Part shown: in pieces, positions 21,831 through 36,844 of the stretch
Layout of the letters: each line of letters begins with the position of its first letter
Position numbering within the stretch: the stretch's first letter is position 1
NCBI GenBank assembly: GCA_013265495.1
Contig: MU057981.1
Location: 205,931 to 269,930 of the forward strand
Direction of reading: 5' to 3'
DNA length: 64,000 bases
Source of the DNA: Vicugna vicugna
Lineage: Eukaryota
The notes under the pieces: model-generated
Databases searched by the model: none
The model's input: the letters and a program-made list of their open reading frames with translations, nothing else
What the model was told of the DNA's origin: nothing
Position numbers and translations under genes: made by a program

Positions 21831-24800
21831 TTTACATGGATCTCATTTCATTTCTGTTGGGCATCCTGTCCTGGGAGAGTCTAATCCCTTTGCTTATAGA
21901 TGAGATGCTGAATCCCCAGACGCAGAACGAGTTGCTGGTTGAGCTGGGGGTGGAGCCGGTGTCTCCTGCCTCCCAGGCCCAGCACCTGCATGGCTCAGGC
22001 CTCTCTTCCTGCCCGACAGCCACCATTCCAGGTTAGGACATCAGAAACACCACCAGGGAATTCTGAATGAACTCCTTATGCAGGTGAAAGTGTGTCACGG
22101 AGTATAGGACAGAGCAGGGAAAGGTTCGTCGTCACTTTGTCCTTGTGATTAGGTCAACGGCCCCACTTTGCCTTGGAATTGCTGATGAGCTCCTCTGGTC
22201 TGTCTACCCCCCCACCCTCTGCTCTGTTTTCCTGAGTAGCCCTCGTGCCGTCCCTCAGGCAGAAGTGGGCAAGATGCCTTTGCCGAGAGGTGGTCCCCCT
22301 TTGCTGGGGAGCGTGAGGGAAGCTGTGTTACCCAGGCCTCAAGCCTCAGGCCCTGAGCCTGCTCTCCTCGTGCTAGAGATCACTCATGGTGGTCTCACAG
22401 GTGACGGTCGGAGGACCTGGCACGTGCTGCTGGGCCCGCTGTGGAGGCGGTGCTCCGTAATTCTTGAACTTACCTAAGGTCAGACCCTACTTTCTGGTTG
22501 TTGGTCAGTTGGAGGAGGAGACACCAGAGAATTGACAAAAAGAAATTCCAGGCCAACCCTGTGAGTGAGAGGCACAGGGGACCAGAGTCCCACCTGCGTG
22601 TGGTACCTGGCGGGCTCTGGATGAATTTTCACTTCCTCACCAGACATGCCTCTATGGCTTAAGGAAAGCACAAGGCATGTCCTTGCCACTATATTTGTCC
22701 TCGCAGGGCTCTGTAATCTACACACCCGTGTTCCCCTTCTGCTCCTTGGAGATGAGGTGGCAGGTTTAGGTGCCTGGGCGCTGCCAAGGGCACAGTTGCC
22801 AGCACCGGGCCTCTCCCAGGCTGGCTCTGTTCTCCTGTTACCTCCTGCTGAGCCCCAAGCCTCAGGAGAGTTAGGTGCCTCAGTGATGCACCAAGGTGGG
22901 GCTGCACGTGCGCACAGCACTGCAGTGTCAGCAGGGACCACCTTCTCCCCCTGGACAGACTGGTGGGTGAGCAGTGGAAGCCTGGAGAGCTGCCCCAGAC
23001 CCCAGCCATTGCCTCCTCTTTTGTCATAGGAGGAACTGGTGACATTTTTGCTCAGCAACTGCTTGGCTCTGAGTCTGCAGACCCACCGGAGAATGCCAGC
23101 TTGCTTTTGCCTTTTGAAGTCTGTCCTTGGGATTTGACTGAGTAGCTAGTTTCAGGAGAGTGTGCTTAGTGCATAGTGGTTGACACAGTCACCATTGTTT
23201 ACCCAGAACCTCGTGTACAAGGCATGGCTCTTGACTTCAAAATACAGCAGCGCATTAAGCCTCTCTCCTGGTGGGTCTGTCTGTTCTGGTACTTTAAGTG
23301 CTCAGCCAGCATCTGAACGTCAGTGAGATAATAAGGCCAGTGAGCTCGGGTCAAACAGCTTCTCCAGTCATTTTTACTGTATTGTTTCTTTTACTATTCC
23401 ATGGTCATTAATTTTTAAAACAATGCTTTGGTGCAGAAGCAGAGCATAATTCTCTCCTGCTACTTTTGGTGGGAGTGAGAAAACATGTCCAGCCTGAAAT
23501 GCGACCACATTTTGTAGCTCAAAATCTGTCTAGACGCATATAGGTGGAGTTTTGGTTTGGGGTGCTGACCACGTTGGGGTCCCCATGGCAGCACCGCTCT
23601 CCTCAGGCCCCTGCCTTCCCTGGAGCAGGTGGTGAGGGTGGGTCTCACCGTCCCCGCGTCCCTGTCCTCATCACACTCACGTAAATTCTTGTACATGCTG
23701 TTAAAGTTATTTTTGTTCCTGTGTGTTTCTAATTTTTGTTTGTTCCTCTTTTCCTTTTTCCTTTTACTCTTGTACTGGCATGTAAGCATGTTGTTGGGTC
23801 TGAAAATGTGGGCTGTGCACACTCTGCATTGGAAATAGCTAGATTGCCGTCTGTGCTGCTCCATCGTTTTAAAAAGCAAAAACTTAACAGCTGCCTTGAT
23901 CCATGTATTATCCTAGTCATCTTTTTATTTTCTAATTTTTTGGAGTTTTTGTTTGGTTAGCACATCACCCACTGGTGTTTGATACATGTTAAACCCTTGT
24001 TTTGAGGAACCTGTTTGGTCCTCCTTGTATTTGGTGACAAATGTGCCCTTATTAATTTTGTTTGTTGAGGAAGTGAGATGCGAATTGATTTAGGCAGCTG
24101 CTGAGGGATTTTTTTCATGGGGTATTTTCACTTGGAAAGTCAAAGTCTGCAGCACCTTGCTTGATCCTGGCTTTTACACAAATGTACTTGGTACGTGGTT
24201 TCTGGCTGTCCTGTGTGACGTGCGTGACTGTGCTTCCTGGTCTGTGGTCCCCGGGAGGACGAGGCCGGTTGGGGGGGTGAACAGTCCACAGGGGGCGCTG
24301 TTGGAGGAAGCAGTCACCAGGTTTTCTTTTGTATTCGCCTTCCCCGTGCCATTTACTTTACTTTGCCTCCATAAAGGGGCAGAAGCGGGTCTAAAATCCA
24401 TGCCACTCTTTTGGTCCCTTTACGAGGCTGGTTTTTCTGAGTATCAGGACAACATGGCCTTATCCTAAGGAGCTGGCTCACCTGGATCTGGTGGACACAG
24501 GTACCGCTAAAGGGGACCGTAGCTTTTTCTCTGCTTCAGCCAGTGGGCATTCAAAGCCGGGTCAGTGGTTTGCCTCAGCAGCTGTGCAGGCCTCCCTGCA
24601 CCAGCCATTACTTTTAACCCATGTTGGCAGTAAATAGCTGACTTTGTGTCTGTTGCAGCTGACGTCCACCACTGACGGCTGTGTCGTTAGTTTGCGGTAG
24701 TGAGACCCCAACACCCCAGTCAGCCGAGAAGGGAGATGCTTTGACAGACCTAGGACCTTGCATTCTCACCCACACCCTGGTTCATCTCACCTGGGGGAAG

Positions 24801-27800
24801 TGTTTGGCCACCACCGTCAGGCTGGCCATGAGGCCTTGTTTCTCCTTTCATGCTCTGGTCCAAATGTGGACCCTTCATCCTTCACTGACTTGGTCTCGTT
24901 TGAGACAGGCCAGACTTTCTGAAAGAGTCCATCACATTCTGGGTGGAGAACAGAACAGAAGTAAGTGTCGCAAATAGAAGGAGTCTAGGCTGTCCGGGTT
25001 GACAAATGCAGTCTGGGATCTGTGATGTTTGGGTTGTGCCCTGGACACAGCCCTTTCCCGTGGATCCCAAGAGCCCAGGGGTCAGAGAGAGAACAGCCTT
25101 GCCTGGGTTCCTCCATCCTCCTCTGATCACTGGCAGGTGTGTCTGCTAACTAAAAGTCCCCCAGACCTCGGGCCCTTCAAATTTCAGAGCACGGGAGAAA
25201 CTTGAGTCCCTTCTCCTGGGCCTCCTTTGTGAGAATCCAGTGCCTTCTGAGGTGATCGGCGGCAGGAGATGCCTCCCCCTCCAGGGAGCACCCTTCAGAG
25301 GATTGTGACTCACTGCAACTTGCTGTGAGCTTGTGGGGCTCCGGTCGTGGTCCCTGCAGAACCAGACTTGAGATTGGCTCAGCGATGGAAATAACAGGAC
25401 TGATTCCAGGGCAGGGCTGGGGGGAGGGAACAGGGGAAATTGAATGTGACCTCAAACACCTAGTTGGGTGCTGGTTCTGTTAATTAAATGGGGAGCCTGG
25501 GAGGTACCTGCCAGGGATTGAATTCCACAGTAAATGGTGAACATGAGGAATTTTTAAGACGCCATTTGTCATCCAAGTTAGGACTTCAAAGAGGCACTCG
25601 GGTCTATGAGCCTGGGGCTCAGGTGAAGGAGCCGGACTAGAGATACATGTTGGGAGTCGTCATTTTTAGCTGGTGTTCACAGCCGTGCATGTGGATGAAC
25701 TCATCTCGAGAGGTGCAGACTGAGGCTGAGGCGGGGCAGGGCTGTGCCTGGGTTGGAGGAAAGCCCAGACCATGCAGCTTTGGTGTGTCTGTCAGCAGCG
25801 TTTGCGATATTCAGAGCAATGCCATTTATCCTTAAGGGGCCAGGTGTGGGCAGGACCAGCCAGGATGAAATCTAAAGGGAGGGTCGTGGCCACGTGTGCG
25901 TGTATTGGGACGATGCAGAGGCTGCAGGGTCCAGGAGGGGAACCTCCTAAGAAGCTGGAGTTGGAGTGGGGAGTGAGAAGGTAGTCACACTCACCTGTGA
26001 GGGAGGGAGGGAGGCCTAGGGCTTCCCCACCCTAGTGGACTCACTTTCCCACGAACAAAAGGCAATCAGACAAAAGATTTGAGGTGAGAAGTGATGGGCT
26101 CTGGGAGAGAAGCCAACCTGGAGAATGGTGGTTGGATAGTACTGGAATAGTCTCCCTGCAAAATAGAATTTAAAAAACCCAGACTCTTAAGGATATTGAT
26201 AGTGACTGGGGAGGAGGCAGTTCTTTTTCTGGCCTCCTAAGGGTAAGGCATGTATCCGGGGATACACAGAAGAATCAGGCAGTCTGTTCCGGGGGCTTGA
26301 CCCTTACCAGGTGGAACAGTGCAAGTTTAAAGCGGGAGAAGGGCAGCGGAGGGAAACTAACCAGGCCCTGTGTCAGGTACCAGTCAGCCGCCCTACTTGC
26401 GATTTGCATTCACATCCATGCCTCCCAGGTGGGCGGTGGCAGCCCCCTTTTGCGGATTGGGAAGCCTTCTCAGAAGGGTTAAGGAATTAGTCGGTTTCAA
26501 GGCTAGTAAATGCTGTAGCAGGATTCAAGCAGGGCCTTGTCAGACTTCAAGGGCATGTTCTCTCTACTAATTCTGGTACCTCTGTTGTACCTGGAATGGT
26601 GAAGTGGGTCAGTTTTGGAGCCTTTCAGAAAAAGTGCGATTTAAGTGCCTCAGGACTGTTTCACAAAGCTCAGTGTTCTTTGATGTTTCGGAAGCACCGC
26701 AGTGCTTTACGCCCCACAGAGGTAAGGTCTTACTCCTTTGACAATGACGTGGTTGCAAATGACGTCCAGGTGCAAAACCAGACTTAGCAGCTTGTGAAGG
26801 GAAACCCTCCAGTTCTCCCTTGATCGGCTTTCTTCCGCGGAATGTAACTCTGCTGCAGCGTAGGCCTGAGCTTTCTGTATGGAGTGAGGGTTTGGTATCC
26901 AGAGGTATCATAAAATGGTCAGATGGAGAAAATCGAGGTTGACAATTTGTTTTGGGGTTTCATTAGGCAAGGTGCACTATCGTTTAGTGGCCCATATAAC
27001 GTATGAAATTGAGTACAGAACATTGCATTTCTTACTTTCCACTGAGAGCTGTCTTCCAAAGTAATGTTGTCTGCTTTGGAACTTCAGCTCAGCCACTAGG
27101 GCGACTGTCAGTGTTTTGGTGTGATTGCATTTACACGGTGCATGTAATCTGGGCTTCCTCAGCCCCAAACACTCCAGTGCAGAATCATAGGCTGTAGCCA
27201 TCACTTAGTTATTTAGATACTTCTAAAACTATATGATACCAAAAAAAAAAAAAAAAAAAAAAAAGTTCCTTTGGATTTTAACTGCAAACTGTTGTTGAGC
27301 AGTTCTGGTTTCCTTTGGATATGAATATATACATTTCTTTGCATGTAACTTGGTTTTAGGAGTAGAACAGCAAGCTCTTGCTTTCCATGAGCCACAAAAA
27401 TCATAGCCAAATGACACACATATGAAACATCTTATTCTTTTTTTCTGAGACAGAATCCTTGAAGTTGGGACTTGGGCTGTGATTTTGCTTTTTGCTCTTC
27501 CCACCCCTCTTGTCATCTCCTTTTTTCCCACATGTCCTCCAAGAAGTCATGGTCTCAAAGGAGCGGGTGGAGAAATACCAGTTGTTCGCCTTGCAGTGCT
27601 GCTGTAGAGGGAGCCCAGCCAAGACCTAAAGGACATTATCAGAGAGGACTTCCTGGAAGAAATGGGCTCTACATTCAGTTCTGAGGACAAAGTAAGTGTC
27701 ATCCAGGAGAAGGAATTAAGAGTGTGGCTCAGGTGGCAGGAGAAGTCCGCGCAGAGGCCTGGAGGCTTATGGGTGGGGACTCGGGGAGAGTGCCCTGTGC

Positions 27801-29604
27801 CGTCCAGGGTGGAGGGTGCCCCTGCTGGGGAGGACACTGGAGAGGGCCTGGAGGTGGAGGGATTTGGAGGAGCTTGGTTTTTACTAGAACTGACACAGGA
27901 GGCAGTGAAGGGTGTCAGCATGGAGTAACCCTCAGGAGAGGTACTCCTGGTTTTGCTTCTGATATTCTACAGAAAGAAGGGGTCGGGATGGGCGAGATCA
28001 GCTCTGTCTGTCCCTTTGAGACCCACCTCTTCATTCATTTATTCATAACACACGCGCTTCTGAGTGTCTAGGGGAGAGAGGGTGGACCCACAGTAGTAAG
28101 CAAAATGTACTTGCTTCTTGACAGCTTAGCAGTGTCAGAAGTTGACTTACTGTAGAGTGTTCTAGGAACACAGCAGGGGCACCTAACTCAAAGTGCGGAG
28201 GTTGGAGGGAGGGGAGACTTCCTTGAGAAACAGTCAAGAGGATCCTGGAGGCAAGTGGGAATTAGCAGCAGGTCAGGGGGCCCATTAGGTCACTGGGGAC
28301 CTAGGTACTGAGGTGAGACTGGGCAAGCAGGGTCTGGGGTGGGGCTAGAACTCTACCAAGGGGCCTATGAAGAGTTTGAAGTGGGGTGATGTAATCAAAT
28401 TTGTGCTTTAGGAAGGCTGCCCTGGCTCTGTGTGTGTGTGTGCGCGCGCGCACGTGCGTAGCAGGGAAGAGGGGGAGGGTGCCACCAACTGGGAGGGTCA
28501 TTAGAAGACCATTCACAGGCTGGGAGGCGACCAGTGGGAGAGGGGCGTCGGGTCTACATGGGGCAGGGGCAGTGTGGATGCCGGATTTCCTTATGGGAAG
28601 GGCCTGTTAGCGGGGTCGCCCTAGTGGCACCTTGTGACTGGAAGAAAACAGATGGAGGCCCCCAGGTTGACTTTCCTCTTCTCTCTATCCCTGCCTTGTG
28701 TGATTACCTTAGCTCAGCCAACATTTGGAACAGAAGATCTAAGTTCCAGGGTAGCCCAGGACTTTGTTGACCTTGTTCGAGTGAGATCTGATAGGATTTA
28801 TGTTTGTGTTGAGATCTGCATGTTGACTTAGCTAGAAACGTCCCATCTTTTGGATTTCCAGAGGGGTTTTTATTCTTGATAAAGATTGCTTTCTTGGTGA
28901 GAGGACATTTAATACAGCAGCTTTCTCAAAAAAAAAATCTTATCTTTTAAGAAATTTAATATTCAAAAGAATAGGAATATTTAAAAATGATAAAGTAAGG
29001 CTTTGGTGTAGATTCTTTGGTTTCTGAGTTGATGTGGAGTTAGAGCTTTGCATTACTTAATAGCACATCCTTGTCAGTATTTAAAGAGCTATTAGTGAGC
29101 GCCCCAGGCCCCACTTCTCAAAGCATCATTAAAGCTTGCTCTGAAATAGTGAAGTCATATAGGTCTTGTTTGCAGAAGCCAAAAAGTTGGTTTATAATAT
29201 TAAGCATAGCTCCCTTAATAAAATAACAATAGGTTCAAAATAAAGAAAGTGGAAGATAATTGATTTTTTTTAAAGCTGAAACGTAAACTTTCTTGTGCTA
29301 ATATTACAACTGGAAATTTTGAGAAGAAAAATCCCATTGTAATATCATCTACGTGAAATACATATATGTCTATCACGTTTGAAAAGTAACTGCGCAGTGG
29401 TTTTTGAAGTCAGGAGCATTCCAGCTCAGATACTGTCAGTGATGGTTGCCAGTTTTCAATGGAAGAGCCTAAATTTTCCTTCTTAGATTTTTTAATTTTT
29501 TTATTTTTTTGTAGTGAGAGGGTTGAGTAGTGCTTTGCCAGCAAGATTTTGGGGCAGAAGTCGTGCACCAGCAGTGAGATATTTCCATGCATTTTACTTT
29601 CCAG

Positions 29605-29726
29605 ACATCACGAGGGCACATGTGGGGGTTTGTGCCTGCAGGCCGGGATGCTGCAGGACTCCCTGGTCCATCACCGTTATGTCTTGGAGCTGCTCTGGTC
29701 AGTGAATGACTTTCTGTGGCTTGGAG
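29605..29726 (+). pseudogene. TRAPPC9: TRAPPC9 pseudogene exon 3 equivalent
   Basis: ccag|..[33 protein letters not shown]|gtaagg versus human [33 protein letters not shown]. About 24 nt deleted at the 5' end. Confidence 0.93.
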
Positions 29727-30324
29727 GTAAGGTGATCTGATGCAGATGATCAGATGTGTAGTTAAAGTGCTGTTATTTGAAATAAGAGAAAACCTAGAAA
29801 AAATGGCTCTAAAATACAGGATGAGGGAGGAGAATTGGCTGAGCTGCTTGCAGTGGGGAATATTCTCAGGTGACTCCCTCACTGTGTCTCCTGTCAGTCT
29901 CCCCTACAGCCCTACATGGCAGTCCTGCTGAAGCAAGCATGCACTTTCTCAGTAACGATCTGAATTTCCTTGTGCCTCTGTTTGTTGGCTTTTTTTTTAA
30001 AGCACATCTTACCCTTTGCTTAAATGCCATCCCTGCTAGTCACCTCTTACACTCATTCTTCTGGACCTCTTCCATACATAGCTGCTGAATGAATGAACAG
30101 AATGTAGTATCTCCATGTAGTGGAACATTATTCAGACTTAAGTGTGAATAAAAAAAAAAATAAAGGGGAAGATGAAAATGGCCACCTGCTCTAGGAAGTC
30201 CACCCTAACTGCTCAACCCGCCCTTTTTCCTTTGAAACCCAATCCCTTATACTCCTTATACTATACTCTTTTTGATAGTATTTACCACCTTCTAATAAAC
30301 TTTAACATTTAAAAAAAAAAAGAG

Positions 30325-30590
30325 ACATGCTGATACCACCTCAACATGGACAAGCCTTGATAACAGCATGTTAAGTGAAAGGAACCAGACACAAAGGGCC
30401 ACATATTGTTTATTTCAGTGATCTGAAATGCCCAGAATAGGCACATGCAGTGGCAGAGAGCAGATGATGGTTGCAAGGGGCTGGGTGGAGGGGTTTGGGG
30501 AGTGACTGCTAGTGACAGGGGTGTTCTCTTGGGGTGATGAAGTGTTCTGGAAATAGATGGTGGTGAGGGCTGCACAACCGTGATTGTGCA
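30325..30590 (+). mobile_element. Old L1M 3' UTR fragment
   Basis: aacatggacaagccttgataacagcatgttaagtgaaaggaaccagacacaaagggccacatattg...tggtggtgagggctgcacaac. Confidence 0.7.
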
Positions 30591-31700
30591 GAAGACTGCT
30601 GGGCGCTGTCTCTGGGAGTGCTTGTTGTTGGGGCGGCTTTACTTAGTTCTCACCCTGCAATGTGAAGAGTCATCTTGTGCTGAGGCCATTCTACTCCTGT
30701 GAGTGGTGAGACTCACTTTGCAGAGTCATGTTTCTTTTTTCCCTCTTGCTGAGTGTAGGCAAGAAAGGTTTAAGCCTGAGAAAGTGCTCCATCTGCAGAG
30801 ATGTCTTTTAGTTTTACATGGTGTAAAAATCTTGAGAGCTTTTTAATCGTTGAGGACAGTCTGTTGGGGGAAACAGCACGTGAAGACTGGGTGAGACCTG
30901 GAAAAGCCGCGCTTCCCTCCCAGACACGGGTGGGGATTTCACCCCCATTCAGGCAGTGAAGGGCCCAGACCCATGAGCGGAGTTGACAATCATGAATATA
31001 TATGTATATCCACTGCTTCATCTTGGATATTAATTTCAAGCTGAGTCAGTTTGTGGCGGCAGCCTCATCCTACATCAGGAATTTATAGTATCTTCTCAGA
31101 ATTTATAGTCTCTTTGAGGTGAAGACCCGGCAGACTTGATTATTTACCAGTCTTTCTTGAATTGATATCTCAGATTCCTTTGTCAATAGCAAAACAGCAG
31201 AAATACTACGTCCTTTAATAACAATGTGACCTGGAGCAGGTTTAGTCTCTGTGCCTCAGTGGCCTTATCTGCGGGTGGGGAATATGATAACAGTGCTTCC
31301 CTCAGAGGGGCTGGTGATGGGGGGAGTGAGAAGCACAAAGGGAGGACTTACACGAGATGCTCATGGATGACCAAATTTAGTGCTCTCAGCCTGGTAAGGA
31401 CTCAGGGGCAGAGATGTCAGTACAGAGCAGTCCTAGCCTGAGCTTGATCCATGTTGGCAGCTGTTATGATCGGTATCACCACTGTGGGTTATCAGGTAGT
31501 TTTAAGACTTGGTAATATGATTTCATGAATAATGTTAAAAGACTAGACAACTCAGATCCAGTTTACATAGTTCTGAAGATTTCCTCTGAGAAATGGATAT
31601 TTTTTCCCCATCTTAAATCTGAATTGAGTCTCTAAAAGAATTCTGTAGTCCTCCATATTTCTGCTTTCATTTTACATTTCTTCAAAAAAAGTTTTTAAAT

Positions 31701-31765
31701 GGAGTTACTGGGGAGTAAACTGAGGGCCTCATGCATGCTGAGCACATACTCTCCCAACTGAGGTA
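31701..31765 (-). mobile_element. Degenerate tRNA-derived SINE (Vic-1-like)
   Basis: Homologous to 20271-20342. Confidence 0.6.
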
Positions 31766-31881
31766 TTTTTTTCAAACTTTACTTTCTTAGTATTCAGAGG
31801 TTAGAGGGCTCTAATTCTTTTTCTGGAGAATTGTCCATGAACCTGTAAATCTATAATTAATGGACAAAATTTGGTTTATTA

Positions 31882-31967
31882 AAAAATCAATAGAACATTC
31901 TGCAATCCATCCAAAAGGAAATGCTCAAAAATCAATAGTCTGCAATCCATCCAAAAGGAAATGCTCA
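31882..31967. repeat. Local ~40-bp tandem duplication
   Basis: aaaaatcaatag(aacat)tctgcaatccatccaaaaggaaatgctc twice. Confidence 0.85.
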
Positions 31968-34900
31968 TTGACTTAAAATGTTTCTCCTTTATGGTGATTT
32001 CTACTTTTTGGTCTAGCTTAATTTATTAATTTATTAAAAGTAATCCTCATCAACACAATGACCAAGCTCGCTCTGAGTGGTCACCTACCAAAGGCTAAAA
32101 TGCTTTCCTTATGTTTTACTTCATAGCAGGTGTTTGAGGGTAGGTATCAGTGTCTCCTTTTTTGCAGCTGAGGGATTGAGATATGGGGCAGCTTGTCCCA
32201 AATCACATGCAGCTGGCCGTGGCTAGCTCGGTGCTGGAACCCAGGCTGCACAGGATGCTATCTTAATTGCTCCTCTAATCAGCCTCCTGTTCAGTGGTTT
32301 CCCGAGCACCTGTGAGTCCATATATGACCGATTTTAGTGATCTCAGCCTAATTAGGCCTTCAAAGGAGAGACACCAGTGAGAATGTGAGACATAGTGGCA
32401 TAAATTAAAATTGTACATTTTCAAAAATATTTCATTCTCAGGTAATGACTTAAAATTTTATATTTTCTTTATTTTATTGCTGTGTAAGTACTAAAAACAA
32501 AACATTAAAAATGATTATAGTGCAAAAGAGGAGTGGGCTTTGAAAGTCAAACCATTGCTAATGATGTTGCTTGTTTTTCTCTAGTGGTGCTTATTGACTG
32601 AAAATTTTACAGACTGAATTGTTTTTATGTAGTTTTAGTAAGGAGGAAAAGTTTGTCAGTAAATATTGAAAGTAAAATCTTTACTTTCTTGATGATGAAT
32701 ATGTAAATTGTTTTCATGGCTTAAGTACATTTCCTCATTTGTGAATTTTGAGTGATGTCTTTTACTGTGTCTGACTGTGAGAGTTAGACGCCTTGTATAC
32801 AAAGCACCCAAGAGCTGCTTAATAAAAATTTGCTGTCACAATGAGGTTAGGAGGATCAACTGTGACTACTAAAGAAGGTGGCTTATTTCTGATGCATATT
32901 CAATATGTATATATATGAATATATGAATATGGCTTAAAGTAACAAGGTTTCAGGGTTTTTTTTTGTGTGTGTGCAGTATGAAGTTTTAATGAATTCTGTA
33001 TCATTCTAGTGAGACAGGGACTAGTTAAATTGCCTTAAGCAGATGACCTTGAAAATTATTTACACAGAATGTGTAATTCTGAGAATTCATATTGCCCTGT
33101 AACCATCCACTCAGACATTTAAATTCATAGGAATCTGACCAGAACAATTAAGTTTAGAAAAATCCACGTTGATCATTTTCAGGGAATAAGCTTCTCTCTT
33201 TTGTGATTAAAGAAAATTTTGACTTTTTTTCTGCACTGTTAATAGGTTTCAAAATATCAAAACATTGATTTGACATGTCACTTTTTTAATAGAGAGAATA
33301 AAGCTCATGCTGTTTTAATATGTAAAGAAGTGCTTTTTATTTCAATAAACTTGTATGATTTCCTGGCTCTTTGAGAAGTATTTTGCAAGATACTTAGATT
33401 ACCTACTGTTGGAAAAATACAGGCGTGACTTTTATGAGTATAGGCCTAGTACAGATCTGTTGGTTTTTGCTACAGTGCAAGACATGAGGCCTAGGAGAGC
33501 TTTGCTGCTGATTGCCAGGACAGTTCCCAGGTCTCAGCCTCCCCTCCTGTAAAATGAAGCTGCTGGACTGGATTTTTTCCTCTTCTAAGATGAGTTTCCA
33601 TGAGCCTATGTCTTTTGTTTATATTCAGGAGTATTAGCAATATCAGATTAAATACTGAATACCCCACCCTTCCCCGAAGCAAAGTGCAGTATGTGCTACG
33701 TAAGCTTTTAGTTATCTGATTCTTGTTTCTGATCCTACAGGCAATTTTTGTGTGGCATATTTCCCGGCAACCTGGAAGGTCTTTTTAGCCATAGGTGGTG
33801 CTGTTGCACCTTCTTAGAGTCTTAATATTCCTGTTTGTAAAAGAAGGCTTAGACAACGTTATTTTATTTTGATTCCTTTGTTTAATGCTTCAGGATAGCA
33901 CAATGTCCATTATGTCTGTCTACCTGGAAAAATTATTCTGCTTATAGCTTAGTTTTATTCTGTCATCTCGCTGTGAACATTTCAGACTTGCTGTGCAAAC
34001 AATGGCAAAATCGGACTTTTCTTCCAGTGTTAGAAACCAGTGAGCTGGGATTTTATAAAACAGCTAGAAGTGGCCTCTGGAGCACCTTAAAGTTGAAAAG
34101 TGTACTGAGTTCCCAGAGTATTGACCCAGCCGCTCTGTCTATTGGTGGGAGGTGATTTGGTACATATACGAAGGGGTGTAGTTTTTTGACTTGTGTTTGT
34201 GTGCACGTGCTGCCACTGAGCCACGTGAGCCTGAGTCAGTTTGTTCTGAGTTTTTCCCTCGTCTGTGAGATGGGGACGCTCATATCTGTTTTGTAGAATT
34301 GTGAGGATTAGAAATTATGTAAAGTGTTTAGCACAGTGGGTATGTCAAGAGGGCTCAGAAACTTTAGCTCCTGTTTTTATGAAGCCATCATTTTACAGTC
34401 TTTGAAAATTTCTAAGAAATAGGAATATAAGAAAAGCTGGTTTTAGGATGAAAGATATTTGAGGAGGTTCCATAGTTCCTATACCCATAATTTAGCATCA
34501 GCAGAGTCAGGACCGTTACACAGTTGCCCTGAACCAATGTTACACCACAGAATTTTTTGTTACTTCATATATGTTGGGACTTAAGGGGACCCAATGCTTA
34601 TACACATGTTTTTTCCAGCAGCCAACTGAGATGACACAGAAGAGCAGGCAGGAAATAAATGTCTCCTTTATTACTGATGAAGCCACGTTCTCCATGAAAT
34701 TCAGGGCTGTGGGAAAATGGGTGTCATGATACTGTGTCCCAGAAGTAGAGACTCACCCAGTCCCAGGTAGCTCTGGGCCATAGCGAGCCTTCCCTTGAGA
34801 AGATCTGCCCCATCATGCACAGGGCTGTCCTGCCATGGAGCTGAGCATCCCAGATGCTTCCTAAGGGTGGCCAACAATGGAGGGAAAGGAAAGGTTTCAT

Positions 34901-36844
34901 ATGCCCTGATTGTCTCCCCGGACTCACACCTCAATCTGTTAGCATGACGAGGGCTTGCTGTGGGCCAGGGGTCAGGGATGTGAAGGGAGAAGCACTCTCC
35001 ATGGCCCAGAGGAGTGGGGAGGAGGCATCCCCTCCCTCAGTTTAAACAGGAGGTGGTATGGAACAGAAGGCTGCTCCCCAAGAGTTTGTAAAAGGGGAAA
35101 AAAGGATTTCCTTTGGGACTTAGACTAGCCAGGAAACACAGAAGATGATTAGAAAGGAGACTTGTAAATCACTTTCATATTAAATTGACTTTTGTTGAGC
35201 ACCAAAAATTTGCTACATTCTTTTCTGAGCGTTTTACGGAAATGAATCCTTCAATCTTCACAACAAGTGAGTAAGGAAGGTTTGATTGTTATCCCAGTTT
35301 TACAAAGTGGAAATTGAGGCACGGAGAGAGTAAGTAAGTTGGCCAAGGTTACAGATCTAATAAGTGGCAGAGCTGGGATTTACACCCTGGCTGTGTGGTT
35401 TCCAGGCTCCCAGGGATGGGCTTTGGGTATTTAGAGGTATCTGCATCCCTGGATCTCTGTAACTCTGTGCATCAGTTAGCCCAGAAAGGACAGGGAAAGG
35501 AGAGTTACGCAGGTGCTCACAGTCGTGTCTCAGCCACTATCCACGGAGTGCACCGTGATTGGCGTTAATTGTCTTCAGGGCAGCAGATCTGTTGGTATAA
35601 CAGAAATTTAGTCCATTGAGTTAATCTAGAAACCCTTCCTGCTCTGCTTCTGTCCAAGGTTGCTATGTGACTTCCTGCCCGTGATTGGGCCGTTGAGGAG
35701 AAAATGTACTCATGGTTGAACTCTGATATTTCAGTCTGGTTCATAGTTTCATTTCTCCTGTTACATTAATAAATTAAATTTCTGGTTTTCTTGCATCAGT
35801 CTCTCATGAGTTTGGTTAACATGAAACCAGTCCATGGGAGCCCAGGGGTAATGATGGTATAATTTCTAAGCACGTTGTGGCACTTCTAGCCATGCAGACC
35901 TGACTGGAGGATGTCTGCCTTCCTCACTGATTTCTCCCAACAGCAGGGTCCTCTCCCACACCCAGATGTGAGGCTGGGAGCTCTCTGAGTAGGCCAGTCA
36001 GAGGGCAAGTCCACCAATCAGAAAACGATGTAGTACCTGGAAGTGGGTTTAATAGAAGAAAAGGGCTTCCAGGTAGTCCGATGGGCTGTTTGAGTAATTT
36101 AGTGAAAAGCTGTCCAATGTTTGTCGTTGAGCTGCTGATTTGCTGTTGAAAATTCTGGATTAGATGAAGGGATTTTAAAAAGCAGAAAGGAGTGATTTCA
36201 GGTGGTACATCCACACTGGTGAGAAGTGATGGGTGACCGCCTGTGTGAGGCATAGACAGAGTCTTACAAACTTCATAAAACAGCTTTAAAAGCTCTTCCA
36301 TCTGAGTGCACTTCATTTGGGGTCCAGTTCATCACTGGTCACGCTGAGAGGGCAAGTAACTGATGATGGCAGAAAGGACACGGAGGCATCAAAAAGGTCT
36401 CAGTCATGCTCCCTGCTTACAGGATGTGGCACAGTGTAACATATTTGAGCTGATTTTTCACTGAACAGTTTTGAGTGTTTTCTGGGACTCCGCAGTCCCC
36501 CAAGGTTCCGTGCAGCTGGGTGTCCCCTCATTGCAGCTCTGCCAGCACTCATTCTGGGCTGACGTGGTATCACGGGGAGCAGGTCGGTCAGCGTCCCCGG
36601 CTCCTCCGAGCTCCGTCTCCTCATCTTCAGTGCCGGGTTCCTCATCCCTGTTTACTTAGTAGGGTTGCGGAGAATCACACCTAATGGTTGTCAGGTGTGA
36701 TTTGTGGTTGTCACTGTGTTTGGCATATAGTCAATATTTGATAGAAACATTTGTTTTTTATTATAATTTCGTCTCCTAGATTGTAGTGGTTTTTAGTCTG
36801 CATTTATTTCTTTTTATAACTTTATTCTTATTTTTAAATAAGCA

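Noticed and set aside
22480..23058. 192-aa minus-strand ORF and overlapping ORFs
   Set aside because: GC-rich intronic sequence with no recognisable domain or splice structure. Likely chance ORFs.
24375..24510. Exon-like block ending in cag|gtac
   Set aside because: No consistent open frame and no product I can identify.
29918..29945. tcctgctgaagca resembling part of TRAPPC9 exon 4
   Set aside because: Too short, with no splice sites or flanking similarity. Exon 4 was not found.
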